From the NCBI GenBank assembly GCA_032718475.1, contig JAUCBJ010004254.1, positions 1 to 64,000 on the forward strand: DNA of 64,000 nt, given 5' to 3'. Position 1 is the stretch's first letter, and every line of letters begins with the position of its first letter. This document shows positions 37,382 through 47,889 of this stretch, piece after piece. Source of the DNA: Nemertoderma westbladi. Taxonomy: Eukaryota; Animalia; Xenacoelomorpha. The translations under genes and the position numbers were made by a program. The notes beneath the pieces are model-generated. The model was not told the DNA's origin. It saw only the letters and a program-made list of their open reading frames with translations, and ran no database searches.

Positions 37382-38539
37382 TGTTCGCGCTTTCAGACCT
37401 TTAGCAGTTTAACCTGCCAAATTTAGATGTCTTCTAGATTATAAATCGACTTTAGCCTATGACGAGTATTTGATACACTACATTAGCCGAAGCCAGTCTA
37501 TGCGCGACCATTCACCCGCTGGATATACCCGGGAGACTGGATTTGGAAGCTTTGACCTTATTGCGGTGTAGGCCTACTGTATTATTCGACTGATCGTTAA
37601 TATATAATTTCTGACAAATATTATTCACTTTCGGGAAATATTAACAGTTCCTTTAGGACGTGGCGCTCTAAATATGTAAACAGAGTTATGTCTTACACTA
37701 GACACAACGGGATGGCTATGGATTCACGTATAAAGCGCATTCTTTAGGAGATGCTTTGTTATCAGTCACAATCATGCACACTACCGCACAATGCTGCACA
37801 CCGATTTGCCGACCTTCACTAATTTTAGTCACATATAAAGAGAACAACAACCGACTCATGTAGTGCCTATGAAATAGCATTAGATTCACTCCAAACCACT
37901 TTAATGTAAGTCGCAATTGTTATATGTAACCGGTCTCTCTAACCTTCAGTATATCAAGAAGATTGGGGTTTCTGATTATTGATCGATATTATCCAAATAT
38001 AACAATATTCCATCAACTGATATAATTAATAACCGACAGTAAATAGCAGTAAAAATGCGGTGTTTGTAGTTGACAATATGATTAGGTGAGATAACAGATA
38101 TACGTTTCTATGACCAAAGCCTACTAATGTTTGGCTAAAGCCTGAAAACACAGAGGTTCCAAAGCCGGTCTTCTGGCTGTGGACAAAATACACATACTGA
38201 CTCAATTCATGAGTTTCTGTATACAACCTCCAACACAGAGTTAAAAAACGCTCTGATTGGTCGACCGAACAAAGAGAGAACAAAGAACAAAGAAATGTTA
38301 CACGTGGACATATCAGCTGTTAGATGTCGTCATGGTAACTACACTGTGTCAAGAGGATTTTAGCGTATTGCGACATAAAATTGCTAGTTATGTCCGCTAA
38401 AGTACACATACAGAAGAAATGGCTTTTTATGTCCACTAAAACACCGGTACAGTAAGGAAACGGCTTTTTATGTCCGTTAAACCAACTACAGAGTACTTTG
38501 CGGGGAAAATAACCAGCTAATTCCGCAAAAGCTTTTACA
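37382..38539 (-). repeat. 5' LTR of BEL/Pao copy 2
   Basis: TG...CA termini, followed by TSD AAATT. Confidence 0.95.
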
Positions 38540-38802
38540 AAATTGGTGCTACAAAAAAAATGTAAAACATAAAACATGTAAATTGGTGCTAAATAATTTT
38601 TGTTAGGTGTGAAATCATCTAATTTGTGGTGGTATTCAATTAGTGGCGGTTTATAAATATGGGTCTGTTACAACGTATTTTTGCTATTTTTTTCAGGGGA
38701 AACATGATTCCCACACAAATTGGCCTCGATTATTGATGTTAATTATCATATACTGTAAATATATTTATTTATTTAATACACCACACTGTTGGCTTAATTA
38801 CT

Positions 38803-38926
38803 CCGGAGATCCAAAAGGGACATTGTGATGTGAAATATTTATTAATCGCGCTAGATAATTATCTCTAGATAACAACTAGATAACACTAATAAAATATATT
38901 TCACATTGTCCCTTTAGGAGCTCCGT
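38803..38926. repeat. Small inverted-repeat (MITE-like) hairpin
   Basis: cggagatccaaaagggacat...gtgaaatattttatta pairs with taataaaatatatttcacattgtccctttaggagctccg. Confidence 0.55.
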
Positions 38927-39266
38927 AGATGGCACAATGAATAACTTATTAAAATATAAATAAATTTAAACCAATTCAGAGTGGGTGAGAAATTGAATAA
39001 AATATATCATAATCTGTTTAGGTAAGAACATTTGCCGACTGTTTGCTTAGTTGGATCGAAAACGTGGCGAACTTGATCGAACAGTGGACTAAACTGTACA
39101 GTCGAGTCGAGTGGATGGTAGAGCAGGAGACTAGCGCGAACGGGTCTTAAGCGTTAGAGCAAAGCAAACAGTTCCCGAAGCCGGAGGCAACCCGAAGGCT
39201 CCTCCATGAATAGCTGCTACCCTAAGTTACGGGTGGGCGGGCATAACTCCCATCCCTTGTTTTGTT

Positions 39267-39310
39267 CCATGCTGAATGAACCCTGCAGGACTAGAAACTA
39301 CAGTCAATAA
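39267..39310 (+). ncRNA. Degenerate type I hammerhead ribozyme motif in a retrozyme-like repeat
   Basis: CCATG-CTGAATGA-accctgcaggact-a-GAAA-CTACAG-TC; core boxes are present but stems I and II are mutated. Confidence 0.45.
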
Positions 39311-39425
39311 GATTGCAGACACACAGCGTTCAATCAACTGAATAGAGATGAGGAACAGCGATAACGTTTTTAATTTCATTATATCAGTATATTATTATAA
39401 TAAGTACAAACAGACAAATGTCAAA

Positions 39426-39466
39426 TGCAAACGTTTCGGAAGAAAACAACTACCATCTTCAGTGCA
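39426..39466 (-). ncRNA. Minimal type I hammerhead ribozyme (Penelope-like)
   Basis: The minus strand reads TGCA-CTGAAGA-TGGTAG...CTTCC-GAAACGTT-TGCA, with a palindromic stem III. Confidence 0.6.
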
Positions 39467-42400
39467 ATCAATAAGTAGCCAAAAATAAAATATAACAGAA
39501 ATTTGAAAAGACGGCCAAAATACAAAATATAATATACAGTAGTGCAGAAATAGGGCTTACCTAAGACGGGAGAGCAGTATAGTAATATAAAGTAAATACT
39601 TATCTGTCATTTGTACTGTAGGTTTATTAACTCTTGTGTATATTTGGTGTTATTATTGTAGTGGGGAAGCCCACATATTAGAGATATGGTGTAAACAAAT
39701 CGTATCAAATTGTGTATTTTTTTTGTATTTTTATGTATGAAAATTGTATATTTTTATTTATTTTGCGGCTTGCATGTCACATAAAGTTCCTCCAACCTTT
39801 AATAATACCGGTGACTATTTTTGAGAGGTGGTGTCATTCCCCGGGGTCGATTGCCAGGGTCATATCGGCGTCCATCTATGCGGAATCAGGATTGATGGCA
39901 ATACAGACAGGGTTTGGAGTTTCTCTATAAAATAATGACAAGTAATGACAAATCTTAAGGGAATATATAACGCAATGGTTGCATAAGCAGTTCCTTGAAA
40001 TCGGGGTTGAGTGACAGAACAAGTGAATTTACGTCTTATGAGAGCTCAAACAACTAAAATGAACCAAAATCTCTCATAAAGTAATGCTATTTAGTAACAC
40101 TGTCTCAGAATGCATGAATTTTTGGACAGTTTGTTCATGAATAATGACATCTCTGTGTTGCACACAGTTCCCCAAACAAATCTGGAACCAACTAATCCAA
40201 CAATGATAAACACAGTAAATTGCTCCTTGAATACTGAAGAAACATATCCTTTCTCGACCTCTACAGTAATAATAAATAACTAACTTCATTCTTCACTTAC
40301 TACCTTATTCTGCACGCATACCTTGGATCCAGTTACAGTAACAATCAGTACACACACAGCCCAATTCGATGTGCAGCGGATAAGTGCCTCTGTATTATAT
40401 TTTCGTTTGTTAGATGGTAAGTAATAGGGCGGAGTGAAAAATCAAAATTTTGGAATATCTATGCTCCCTATTTACGGAAAGACGCATTGGGCATAAAAAC
40501 CTCAAAAACAAAAGACAAAAAACATTTTTTGAGTCACCCCTTCCTTGGCCTCACAGCATTTAATCTTCTAGAATTTTTCCAAAAATAACTAACTTAATAA
40601 AATTTTTTCATTTATCATTGATAAAGCCCATAATTTCTAAGTGAAAATTTTGCGCTGATTCCAAATATATTATTAAATAATTCGCAGTACATACCGAAAA
40701 AAAATTTAATACAGTTTCCTATTTATAAATATTCTATAATTTTCTCAGACATCACGAGTCTACAACGTAAAATTTTTTACTCATCAAAAATCAAACCAAG
40801 CCATTCTTTTCTGATTTTCTGATTTGCCATTGTGATTCTAAATATTTACCTGATATTACTGTATGACATTAATCTCAATTACTGTGTGACATTAATCTCA
40901 ATTTTTCTGCAAACATAGGTAGGAAGGCTGACAATGAACTACATCAAACTACAAAGTTGTTCTTCATTTCAAAAACTGCCATTCTTCAGTATTTTGGATC
41001 ATACCATCCTTATTCCCTTCACCAATTACTCTATGGGAAATTTCGGAGACAATCTTCACTGTTCTTTCCAATGCTGCTATTTCGTACTTGCTATCCATTC
41101 ATCTATACTTTCAGAACACAACATACCCTATATTGCAGTCTTGGTTAAAGAGGTTGTAATTCGCTTTGATTCGGTTTACTCCAACCATTAGGTAGGTTTA
41201 ATTCTTGGGCTTCTAAGTTGATTGTCGGCACTCTAAATGATCTTATTGAACCCTTTGAAGTTGAGGGATAGAGCTCGATACTTTAATACTCTATGAAGAG
41301 CTAGTTTTCGAATTTTTATATCAGTGTCATGCATCGTAGCTAATAGACATTCTCCTCATGTCCATAGAATGCGTTACGTTGTACTACCTTGGTCGTAATA
41401 TCCCTTAACCCTATTAGTATCGGGCTATAAAATGCTGTACAAATACCGGGGGGGGGGGGGGGGTCATATTGACCCCTCCCTCTAAAATCTACAAATATTA
41501 ACGAAAACGTCTGATTTTTTGTTTGTACGTAGGTATCACTAGTCGGGATCCGACCGAAAAAAAAAAATTTCGAAAAAATGTACTGGGGTGGTAATATTGC
41601 AGCACCAAAATTACAAGTAGTGCACAATTTTCACAAAATTTAAAAGTTACATTTTTCGGCTAATTGTTTTTCAATACAGGTTTTCTGGGGCTCAAAATAC
41701 ATTGGAAAATATTTAAAAATGATATGATTACCATAAATGGCTGTTTAGTCCTCTATGCGTAAGAAAAAAATGAAAAAAAACAAGTAACCAGCACTTTTCA
41801 GTTAGAACACAAATTTTTTAATTCACTAATACGATGCTATAAATTCACATTTTCAGGTTTTCTAGGGCGCTGATTCTAATGGAATACATTTCAAATATGC
41901 CAGATCATTGCTACTTGTATTTTTCGGCGTAATTTGGTAAATTTTGGTGCTAGCACCAAATTTCGTATCCATCACCAAAAAGTACAAGTTTGCGATGTCC
42001 ATTGCTGTTTTTATTGATTCCATCGGATTCAGGACCCTCATAAACCCGTATAACGCAAGAAACAAGATTATACCATCTACTGATCAATTTACTCATTTTC
42101 AAAAATTTGGTGCTGGCGCAACAATTTTCACCCACCGGTGAAAAATACAAGTTTGAAAACTCTTATGAAATTTTTACTGATTCCATTGAATTCAGAACCA
42201 TAACAACCCGTATAACGCAAGAAACAAGATGACACAATCAATTGATATATTTGATGGTTTTCAAAATTTGGTGCTAGCACTGTAGTGGCCATATATATAT
42301 TAGGGGTCATCGAACCTGAATTGAACTAATACTGTTGTACCTTACTGCAGTATGCACCCATGACTGTGCACTGTATCAACTTTCAGTTTCATGAAAACTA

Positions 42401-42571
42401 TTGTTACAGTCAGACAGCAGTACCTAGTCATTACTAATACTGGTTTTACTTACTGCTGTACTGACTCATGTAGGGCCTAAATATTAAACGTTGAGAGACT
42501 ACGCTCTCCACATTGGTGACCCAGACTTGCGCGAACGGATTTCGCGTACAGGCGTAGCTCTGTAGCTACCG

Positions 42572-43261
42572 ATGGCTAACGACCTCAACGCGGTCGCCAT
42601 CAAACTGCCCCCGTTCTGGACGGAAAACCCATCCGTCTGGTTCGCGCAGGTGGAGGCCCAGTTCCAACTCCGGAGGATTGTCGACGACTCGACAAAGTAC
42701 TATCACGTCGTCGCCTCTCTCGACCAGCCGACCGCCGCTCGCCTCCTCGACACACTCACCGCTCCGCCTACAGATGGGAAGTACGAGGGACTGAAGGCGA
42801 GGCTCCTCGGGACTTTCGCCCTGAGTCGACGGGAGCGCGCTGCGAGACTCCTCCATATGCGTGGGCTGGGCGACCGCAAGCCGTCCGAACTCATGGACGA
42901 GATGCTGGGGCTCCTCACCGGGCACACGCCGTGTTTGCTGTTCGAGCAACTCTTCCTCGAACAGCTCCCCGAGGACATTCGGCTACAAATCTCCAACGAC
43001 TCTTTCGAGGACCCCCGCGCCCTGGCTGCGACCGCCGACGTTCTTTGGTTGGCCAAACGCCAGGGACAATCCCAACTGGCCGGCGTGAACAGGGGGATGA
43101 CAAACTCGCGTCGCCCCAGGGACTCCTCCACAAACTCCTCCGGCACTGCTCAGCCTGACACCAAAAGCGTGTGTTACTACCACGCTCGGTTCGGTAGCGC
43201 TGCCAAGCAGTGCAAGGCGCCGTGTTCCTTCCCGGGAAACGCCCCGACCAGCCGACGGTAG
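42572..43261 (+). CDS. gag: Gag (229 aa, CHCC motif)
   Basis: VAIKLPPFW...[27 protein letters not shown]...C..PC. Confidence 0.93.
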   Translation: MANDLNAVAIKLPPFWTENPSVWFAQVEAQFQLRRIVDDSTKYYHVVASLDQPTAARLLDTLTAPPTDGKYEGLKARLLGTFALSRRERAARLLHMRGLGDRKPSELMDEMLGLLTGHTPCLLFEQLFLEQLPEDIRLQISNDSFEDPRALAATADVLWLAKRQGQSQLAGVNRGMTNSRRPRDSSTNSSGTAQPDTKSVCYYHARFGSAAKQCKAPCSFPGNAPTSRR

Positions 43262-46200
43262 CCGCGGCGTCGACTGGTCGATACAAACAGCGGGATAACC
43301 TCCTCTACCTCTGGGACCGGAACTCCGGGCGCCACTTCCTCGTGGACACCGGCGCCCAGGTGAGTGTGTTCCCCGCCAGCGGATTCGACACCCGTTCCGG
43401 ACGTACTGGGCCGCCGCTCCGCGCCGTCAACGGATCATCGATTCGTTCCTACGGGACGCGCTCTATCCCCCTGCGGTTCAACGACCGGCGGACCCACTGG
43501 GACTTCGTCATCGCAGACGTCCCCCAACCGTTGCTTGGGGCTGATTTCCTCTGCGACCACGCCCTGATGGTTGACGTTAAGGGGCAGCAACTCATCGACA
43601 TGGAAACTTTCCAGCCGATCCCCCTCCGTTGCTCCTCCTCCACCATCCCGGGAACCCATCCTCACCTCGCGTCGACCTCCGTGGACCGAGTTTACTCCGA
43701 TCTCCTGGCGGAGTTCTCCTCCATCACAACGCCGACCTTCTCGGACTCGTCTACTCGCCACGGCGTGGAGCATTACATCCCGACCGCCGGTCGCCCCGTC
43801 CACGCCCGCGCTCGACGACTCCCGCCGGATAAACTCGAGATCGCGCGGGCGGAGTTCAGCAAGATGGAGGAGATGGGGATTATTCGCCGTTCGAATAGTC
43901 CCTGGTCGTCTCCCCTCCATATGGCGCCCAAGCCGGCCGGGGGTTGGCGCCCCTGCGGGGACTACCGTCTCCTCAACGACGCCACGACCCCCGATCGCTA
44001 CCCAGTCCCGCACATCCAGGACTTCTCGGCGCGTCTCGCCGGGGCCACGATCTTCTCTAAGGTCGACCTGGTGCGGGGCTACCACCAGATCCCCGTGGCC
44101 CCCGGCGACGTTCCCAAGACCGCCGTTATCACTCCGTTCGGACTCTTCGAGTTTGTCCGGATGCCGTTCGGCCTCAAGAACGCCGCCCAGGCCTTCCAGC
44201 GCCTGATGGACTCCGTCTGCGCTGGGTTGGACTTCCTCTTCGCGTACCTGGACGACATTCTCATCGCAAGCGCGACCCCCGAGGAACACCTCGTCCACCT
44301 CCGCCAACTCTTCCAACGACTCCAGGACAACGGCCTCGTCGTCAACCTGGCGAAGTGCGAGTTCGGGGAGGCGGAGATCCAGTTCCTCGGACACATCGTC
44401 AACGAGTCCGGAGTCCATCCGCTCCCGGACAAAGTGGAAGCCGTCCGCTCCTTCCCTCGTCCAACCACCACTAAAGGGTTGCGGGAATTTATCGGTATGG
44501 TAACGTTTTACCACCGATTTATTCCCGCAGCTGCTGCCACCATGCAGCCCCTTTATGCCGCCGTCGCCACCAAGGTTAAGGACGTCGACTGGACTCCCGA
44601 ACTCACCGCCGCTTTCGAGTCCTCCAAGCGGGCCCTCGCGGACGCCACCATGCTCGTCCACCCCCGCCACGACGCCCCAACCTCCATCACCACCGACGCC
44701 TCCGACTCCGCAGTCGGCGCGGCCCTCGAGCAGTGGTCCGATGGGAAGTGGCGGCCGCTCGCCTTCTTCAGCCGCCAACTCCGCCCTCCGGAACAGAAGT
44801 ACAGCGCCTACGACCGCGAACTCCTCGGCCTGTACCTCGCGGTCCGCCACTTCCGGTATTTCCTAGAGGGCCGTCCGTTTGTGGCCTATACGGACCACAA
44901 ACCGCTGACCCACGCGTTCGCCAAGGTCACTGACCCCTGGTCTCCCCGTCAACAGCGCCACCTGGCGTACATATCTGAGTTCACCACCAATGTACGTCAT
45001 GTTGACGGGAAGGACAACCAGGTCGCGGAGGCCCTCTCTCGCAGCTTCGTGGGCCATCTGTCGACCCAACTCGGGGTCGACTATAAGGCCATGTCGGCCG
45101 CCCAACGGGAGGACGACGAACTACAGGCCTTCCGGGCAAACCCTGGTAGCCTCGATCTACGTGACGTCACACTCGCGGACGATGACGTCACGCTCCTCTG
45201 TGACGTCTCTACGGGCCGACCTCGGCCGATAGTCCCCAGCACGTGGCGCCGCCACATGTTCGATGTGGTACATTTGCTGTCCCACCCATCAATCCGCTCC
45301 ACTAGGAAACTCCTCTCCGAGCGTTTCGTCTGGCACGGCCTGTCCAAACAAGTGACGAGCTGGGCCAAGGCTTGCGTCGCCTGCCAGACCTCTAAGGTTC
45401 AACGCCATATAAAGGCCCCCCTCGAGACATTCTCTGTTCCTCGACGCCGGTTCGACCATGTCAACGTCGACCTGGTAGGGCCCCTCCCTCCATCCAGAGG
45501 CTCCACCTACCTGTTTACGATCGTCGACCGGACTACTCGTTGGCCCGAGGCCATCCCGCTCGCCGACTCCACAACCGAGAGCTGCGCCCGCGCTCTCGTC
45601 GCCCACTGGATCGCCCGGTTCGGCGTACCGGTCGAACTATCCTCCGACCGCGGCAGTCAGTTCACCTCGGAGTTGTGGGCCGACGTCAACAGACTCTTCG
45701 GCACCAAATTCCACCGGACGACGGCCTACCATCCGCAGGCAAACGGCCTGGTGGAACGGTTCCACCGTTCCCTCAAGGCCTCCCTTAGAGCCCGACTAAC
45801 TGGACCAAACTGGGTCGACGAACTGCCATGGGCCCTTCTGGGCTACCGGACCGCCCCCAAAGAGGACCTCCACTGCTCGTCGGCCGAGCTGGTCTACGGC
45901 GAGCCACTGACGGTGCCTGGCGACTTCGTTGCCTCGCCAACCGACCCTCCGAACTCGACAGCTTTCCTCCCGGGCCTCCACAACCACGCACGGCAGTTCA
46001 TGCCCACACCAACCTCCCGTCATGGCCAACCCAACTCGTCAGTGCCGTCACAACTAACAACCAGTGACTATGTCTTTTTACGTACTGATGCTCACCGCGC
46101 TCCCTTACAGCGGCCCTACACCGGGCCGTACAAGGTCGTACAGCGCGGCTCAAAGACGTTCGTCATCGAGGTGGGCGGGCGTCAGGAGACCGTCTCCATC

Positions 46201-46473
46201 GACAGACTCAAACCGGCCCACCTCGCTATCGATGAACCCGTCATTGTGGCCATCCCACCGCGCCGTGGTCGACCACCTACAGTGACACCCCCGGACCTCC
46301 CTCCCCCCAGGCCCCAGTCTGCCAGTCCCTGCAATTCACCCGAACCACCGCAAACTACCATAGCAACTCGAAGTGGGCGGGCCATCCGGACTATTTTTAT
46401 TAATTCAGGTTCTGGGGGGAGCCATGTAGTGGCCATATATATATTAGGGGTCATCGAACCTGAATTGAACTAA
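43234..46473 (+). CDS. pol: Pol polyprotein (protease-RT-RNase H-integrase), entered by -1 frameshift
   Basis: [47 protein letters not shown]...[27 protein letters not shown]; slippery site GGGAAAC at 43234-43240. Confidence 0.95.
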   Translation, partial: GKRPDQPTVAAASTGRYKQRDNLLYLWDRNSGRHFLVDTGAQVSVFPASGFDTRSGRTGPPLRAVNGSSIRSYGTRSIPLRFNDRRTHWDFVIADVPQPLLGADFLCDHALMVDVKGQQLIDMETFQPIPLRCSSSTIPGTHPHLASTSVDRVYSDLLAEFSSITTPTFSDSSTRHGVEHYIPTAGRPVHARARRLPPDKLEIARAEFSKMEEMGIIRRSNSPWSSPLHMAPKPAGGWRPCGDYRLLNDATTPDRYPVPHIQDFSARLAGATIFSKVDLVRGYHQIPVAPGDVPKTAVITPFGLFEFVRMPFGLKNAAQAFQRLMDSVCAGLDFLFAYLDDILIASATPEEHLVHLRQLFQRLQDNGLVVNLAKCEFGEAEIQFLGHIVNESGVHPLPDKVEAVRSFPRPTTTKGLREFIGMVTFYHRFIPAAAATMQPLYAAVATKVKDVDWTPELTAAFESSKRALADATMLVHPRHDAPTSITTDASDSAVGAALEQWSDGKWRPLAFFSRQLRPPEQKYSAYDRELLGLYLAVRHFRYFLEGRPFVAYTDHKPLTHAFAKVTDPWSPRQQRHLAYISEFTTNVRHVDGKDNQVAEALSRSFVGHLSTQLGVDYKAMSAAQREDDELQAFRANPGSLDLRDVTLADDDVTLLCDVSTGRPRPIVPSTWRRHMFDVVHLLSHPSIRSTRKLLSERFVWHGLSKQVTSWAKACVACQTSKVQRHIKAPLETFSVPRRRFDHVNVDLVGPLPPSRGSTYLFTIVDRTTRWPEAIPLADSTTESCARALVAHWIARFGVPVELSSDRGSQFTSELWADVNRLFGTKFHRTTAYHPQANGLVERFHRSLKASLRARLTGPNWVDELPWALLGYRTAPKEDLHCSSAELVYGEPLTVPGDFVASPTDPPNSTAFLPGLHNHARQFMPTPTSRHGQPNSSVPSQLTTSDYVFLRTDAHRAPLQRPYTGPYKVVQRGSKTFVIEVGGRQETVSIDRLKPAHLAIDEPVIVAIPPRRGRPPTVTPPDLPPPRPQSASPCNSPEPPQTTIATRSGRAIRTIFINSGSGGSHVVAIYILGVIEPELN

Positions 46474-47889
46474 TACTGTTGTACCTTACTGCAGTATGCA
46501 CCCATGACTGTGCACTGTATCAACTTTCAGTTTCATGAAAACTATTGTTACAGTCAGACAGCAGTACCTAGTCATTACTAATACTGGTTTTACTTACTGC
46601 TGTACTGACTCATGTAGGGCCTAAATATTAAACGTTGAGAGACTACGCTCTCCACAGCACCACATTTTGCACCCACTTCCGAAAAATACAAGTTTGAGAT
46701 GTCTAGTTCGATAATTATATATTCCATTGAATTCAGAACAGCCATAAACTTCTAAAATGCAAGAAATAAATTTTCACAAGCAATTTTATCTATTGAATGG
46801 ATTTTTAAAATTTCGTGCTAGCACCAAAATTTGCACACAGCACCGAAAAATACAAGTTTGATACGCTTGGTGCAACTCGTATATATTTTATCGAAACCAG
46901 AACACCAAAAAACCCCAATTGCGTAAAAAACAAGTTTCAAACAATCCAATTTACAAAATTGACATATTTTAAAATTTGGTGCTGGCACCAAAATTTGGCA
47001 CCCGCCGAAAAAAACAAGTTTGAAATTTCTAAGTCAATTTATATGAATTCCATCCAATTGCGAACACCAAAAAACCGGTGTAAATCAAAAATAGAGATGT
47101 TACAATTAATATTTAATGAAATGTAATTTTCAAAATACGTCTCAAAAAAGTGCCAAAAGTAGGGTTAAAAAATGGTGCTATAACTCGAAAATTACCCAAT
47201 ATTTTTATAACGGTTTTCACTACTAGGAAGACAATAGATTTTTAGGAAAAGTCATAAAATTTCAGATTCCCAACTGCGTTTGTTTCAGAATTATAATAAA
47301 AAAACCACGGGGGGGGGGGTCGTATTGACCCCCCCCCGGGTTTAATAGGGTTAAACCAGGACGTAAATAACTCGTGAGTTTGAACATTTTCAACAGGGCA
47401 ACTGTACCATTATTGCATTGTATGCATCTGGATTTGCCTTCACGTAAAAACCATACTGGCGCATACACTTAATAATGTATTCAGCAATAATTATCAGAAG
47501 CTCTGATGGTGAAGCCGAAGATACATATTATAGAGGCAAAATTCTACAAGCCACAGTTAGCCAATGGGAGTGGTTTATGGGACCAGGACAACGGTTTGCA
47601 AGGGATTACGAACATAATTATTGTCTAACAGCTGCACAAATATCACACAAGTAGTTTTGATCTGTGCTTGTTTTTAGATCCTTAAAAATCTTCTTAGAAA
47701 GCTTCTGGAAGTTCTGGCGAATCAATGACTCTGTAGTTACCTTTACGGTGAATACCGTAGGATAGAGGCCAAACAACCTATAAATTTATTAAAATGAACC
47801 CATCCATCCATGGAAGATTATATATAGAGTACACACAACAAAGTCAAATATGAATGTGTACACATTTATTTGGGTTACCATGTATAATA

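Larger units (their letters stand above)
26002..38539 (-). mobile_element. BEL/Pao LTR retrotransposon copy 2, complete ends, internally deleted (no RT core, no integrase)
   Basis: LTRs 26002-27160 and 37382-38539; 5-bp TSD AAATT on both sides; purine tract GGGAGCGG before the 3' LTR (27161-27168); BEL-type gag and protease. Confidence 0.93.
42281..46656 (+). mobile_element. Ty3/Gypsy LTR retrotransposon, CsRn1/Kabuki lineage, intact
   Basis: Two 232-bp LTRs (42281-42512, 46425-46656), identical by eye; 4-bp TSD GCAC; PBS TGGTGACCCAGAC (tRNA-Trp-like); PPT GGGGGGAG; CHCC Gag motif. Confidence 0.96.
41409..47350. mobile_element. Non-autonomous TTAA-targeting (piggyBac-like) element, family A, carrying the Gypsy insertion
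   Basis: TTAA|CCCTATTA ... TAATAGGG|TTAA; internal ~170-bp repeats with the GGTGCTAGCACC palindrome. Confidence 0.88.
40425..47870 (-). mobile_element. hAT (hATm-like) transposon relic split by the family A element
   Basis: Minus-strand peptides STDQNYL, PGPINHSHWLTVACRIL and KVYAPVWF (47355-47670) join at the TTAA to DITTKVVQRNAFYGHEEN, RSFRVPTIN and LERTVKIVSE (40950-41404); TAGGGCGG-type terminus at 40425. Confidence 0.7.

Noticed and set aside
39100-39170. tRNA gene (TGGTAGAGC A-box-like sequence)
   Set aside because: No B-box/TTCGA arm or cloverleaf could be built.
43435-44850. 471-aa antisense ORF and the many other overlapping ORFs in the Gypsy
   Set aside because: These are shadow frames expected from GC-rich codon usage of pol and have no recognisable motifs.
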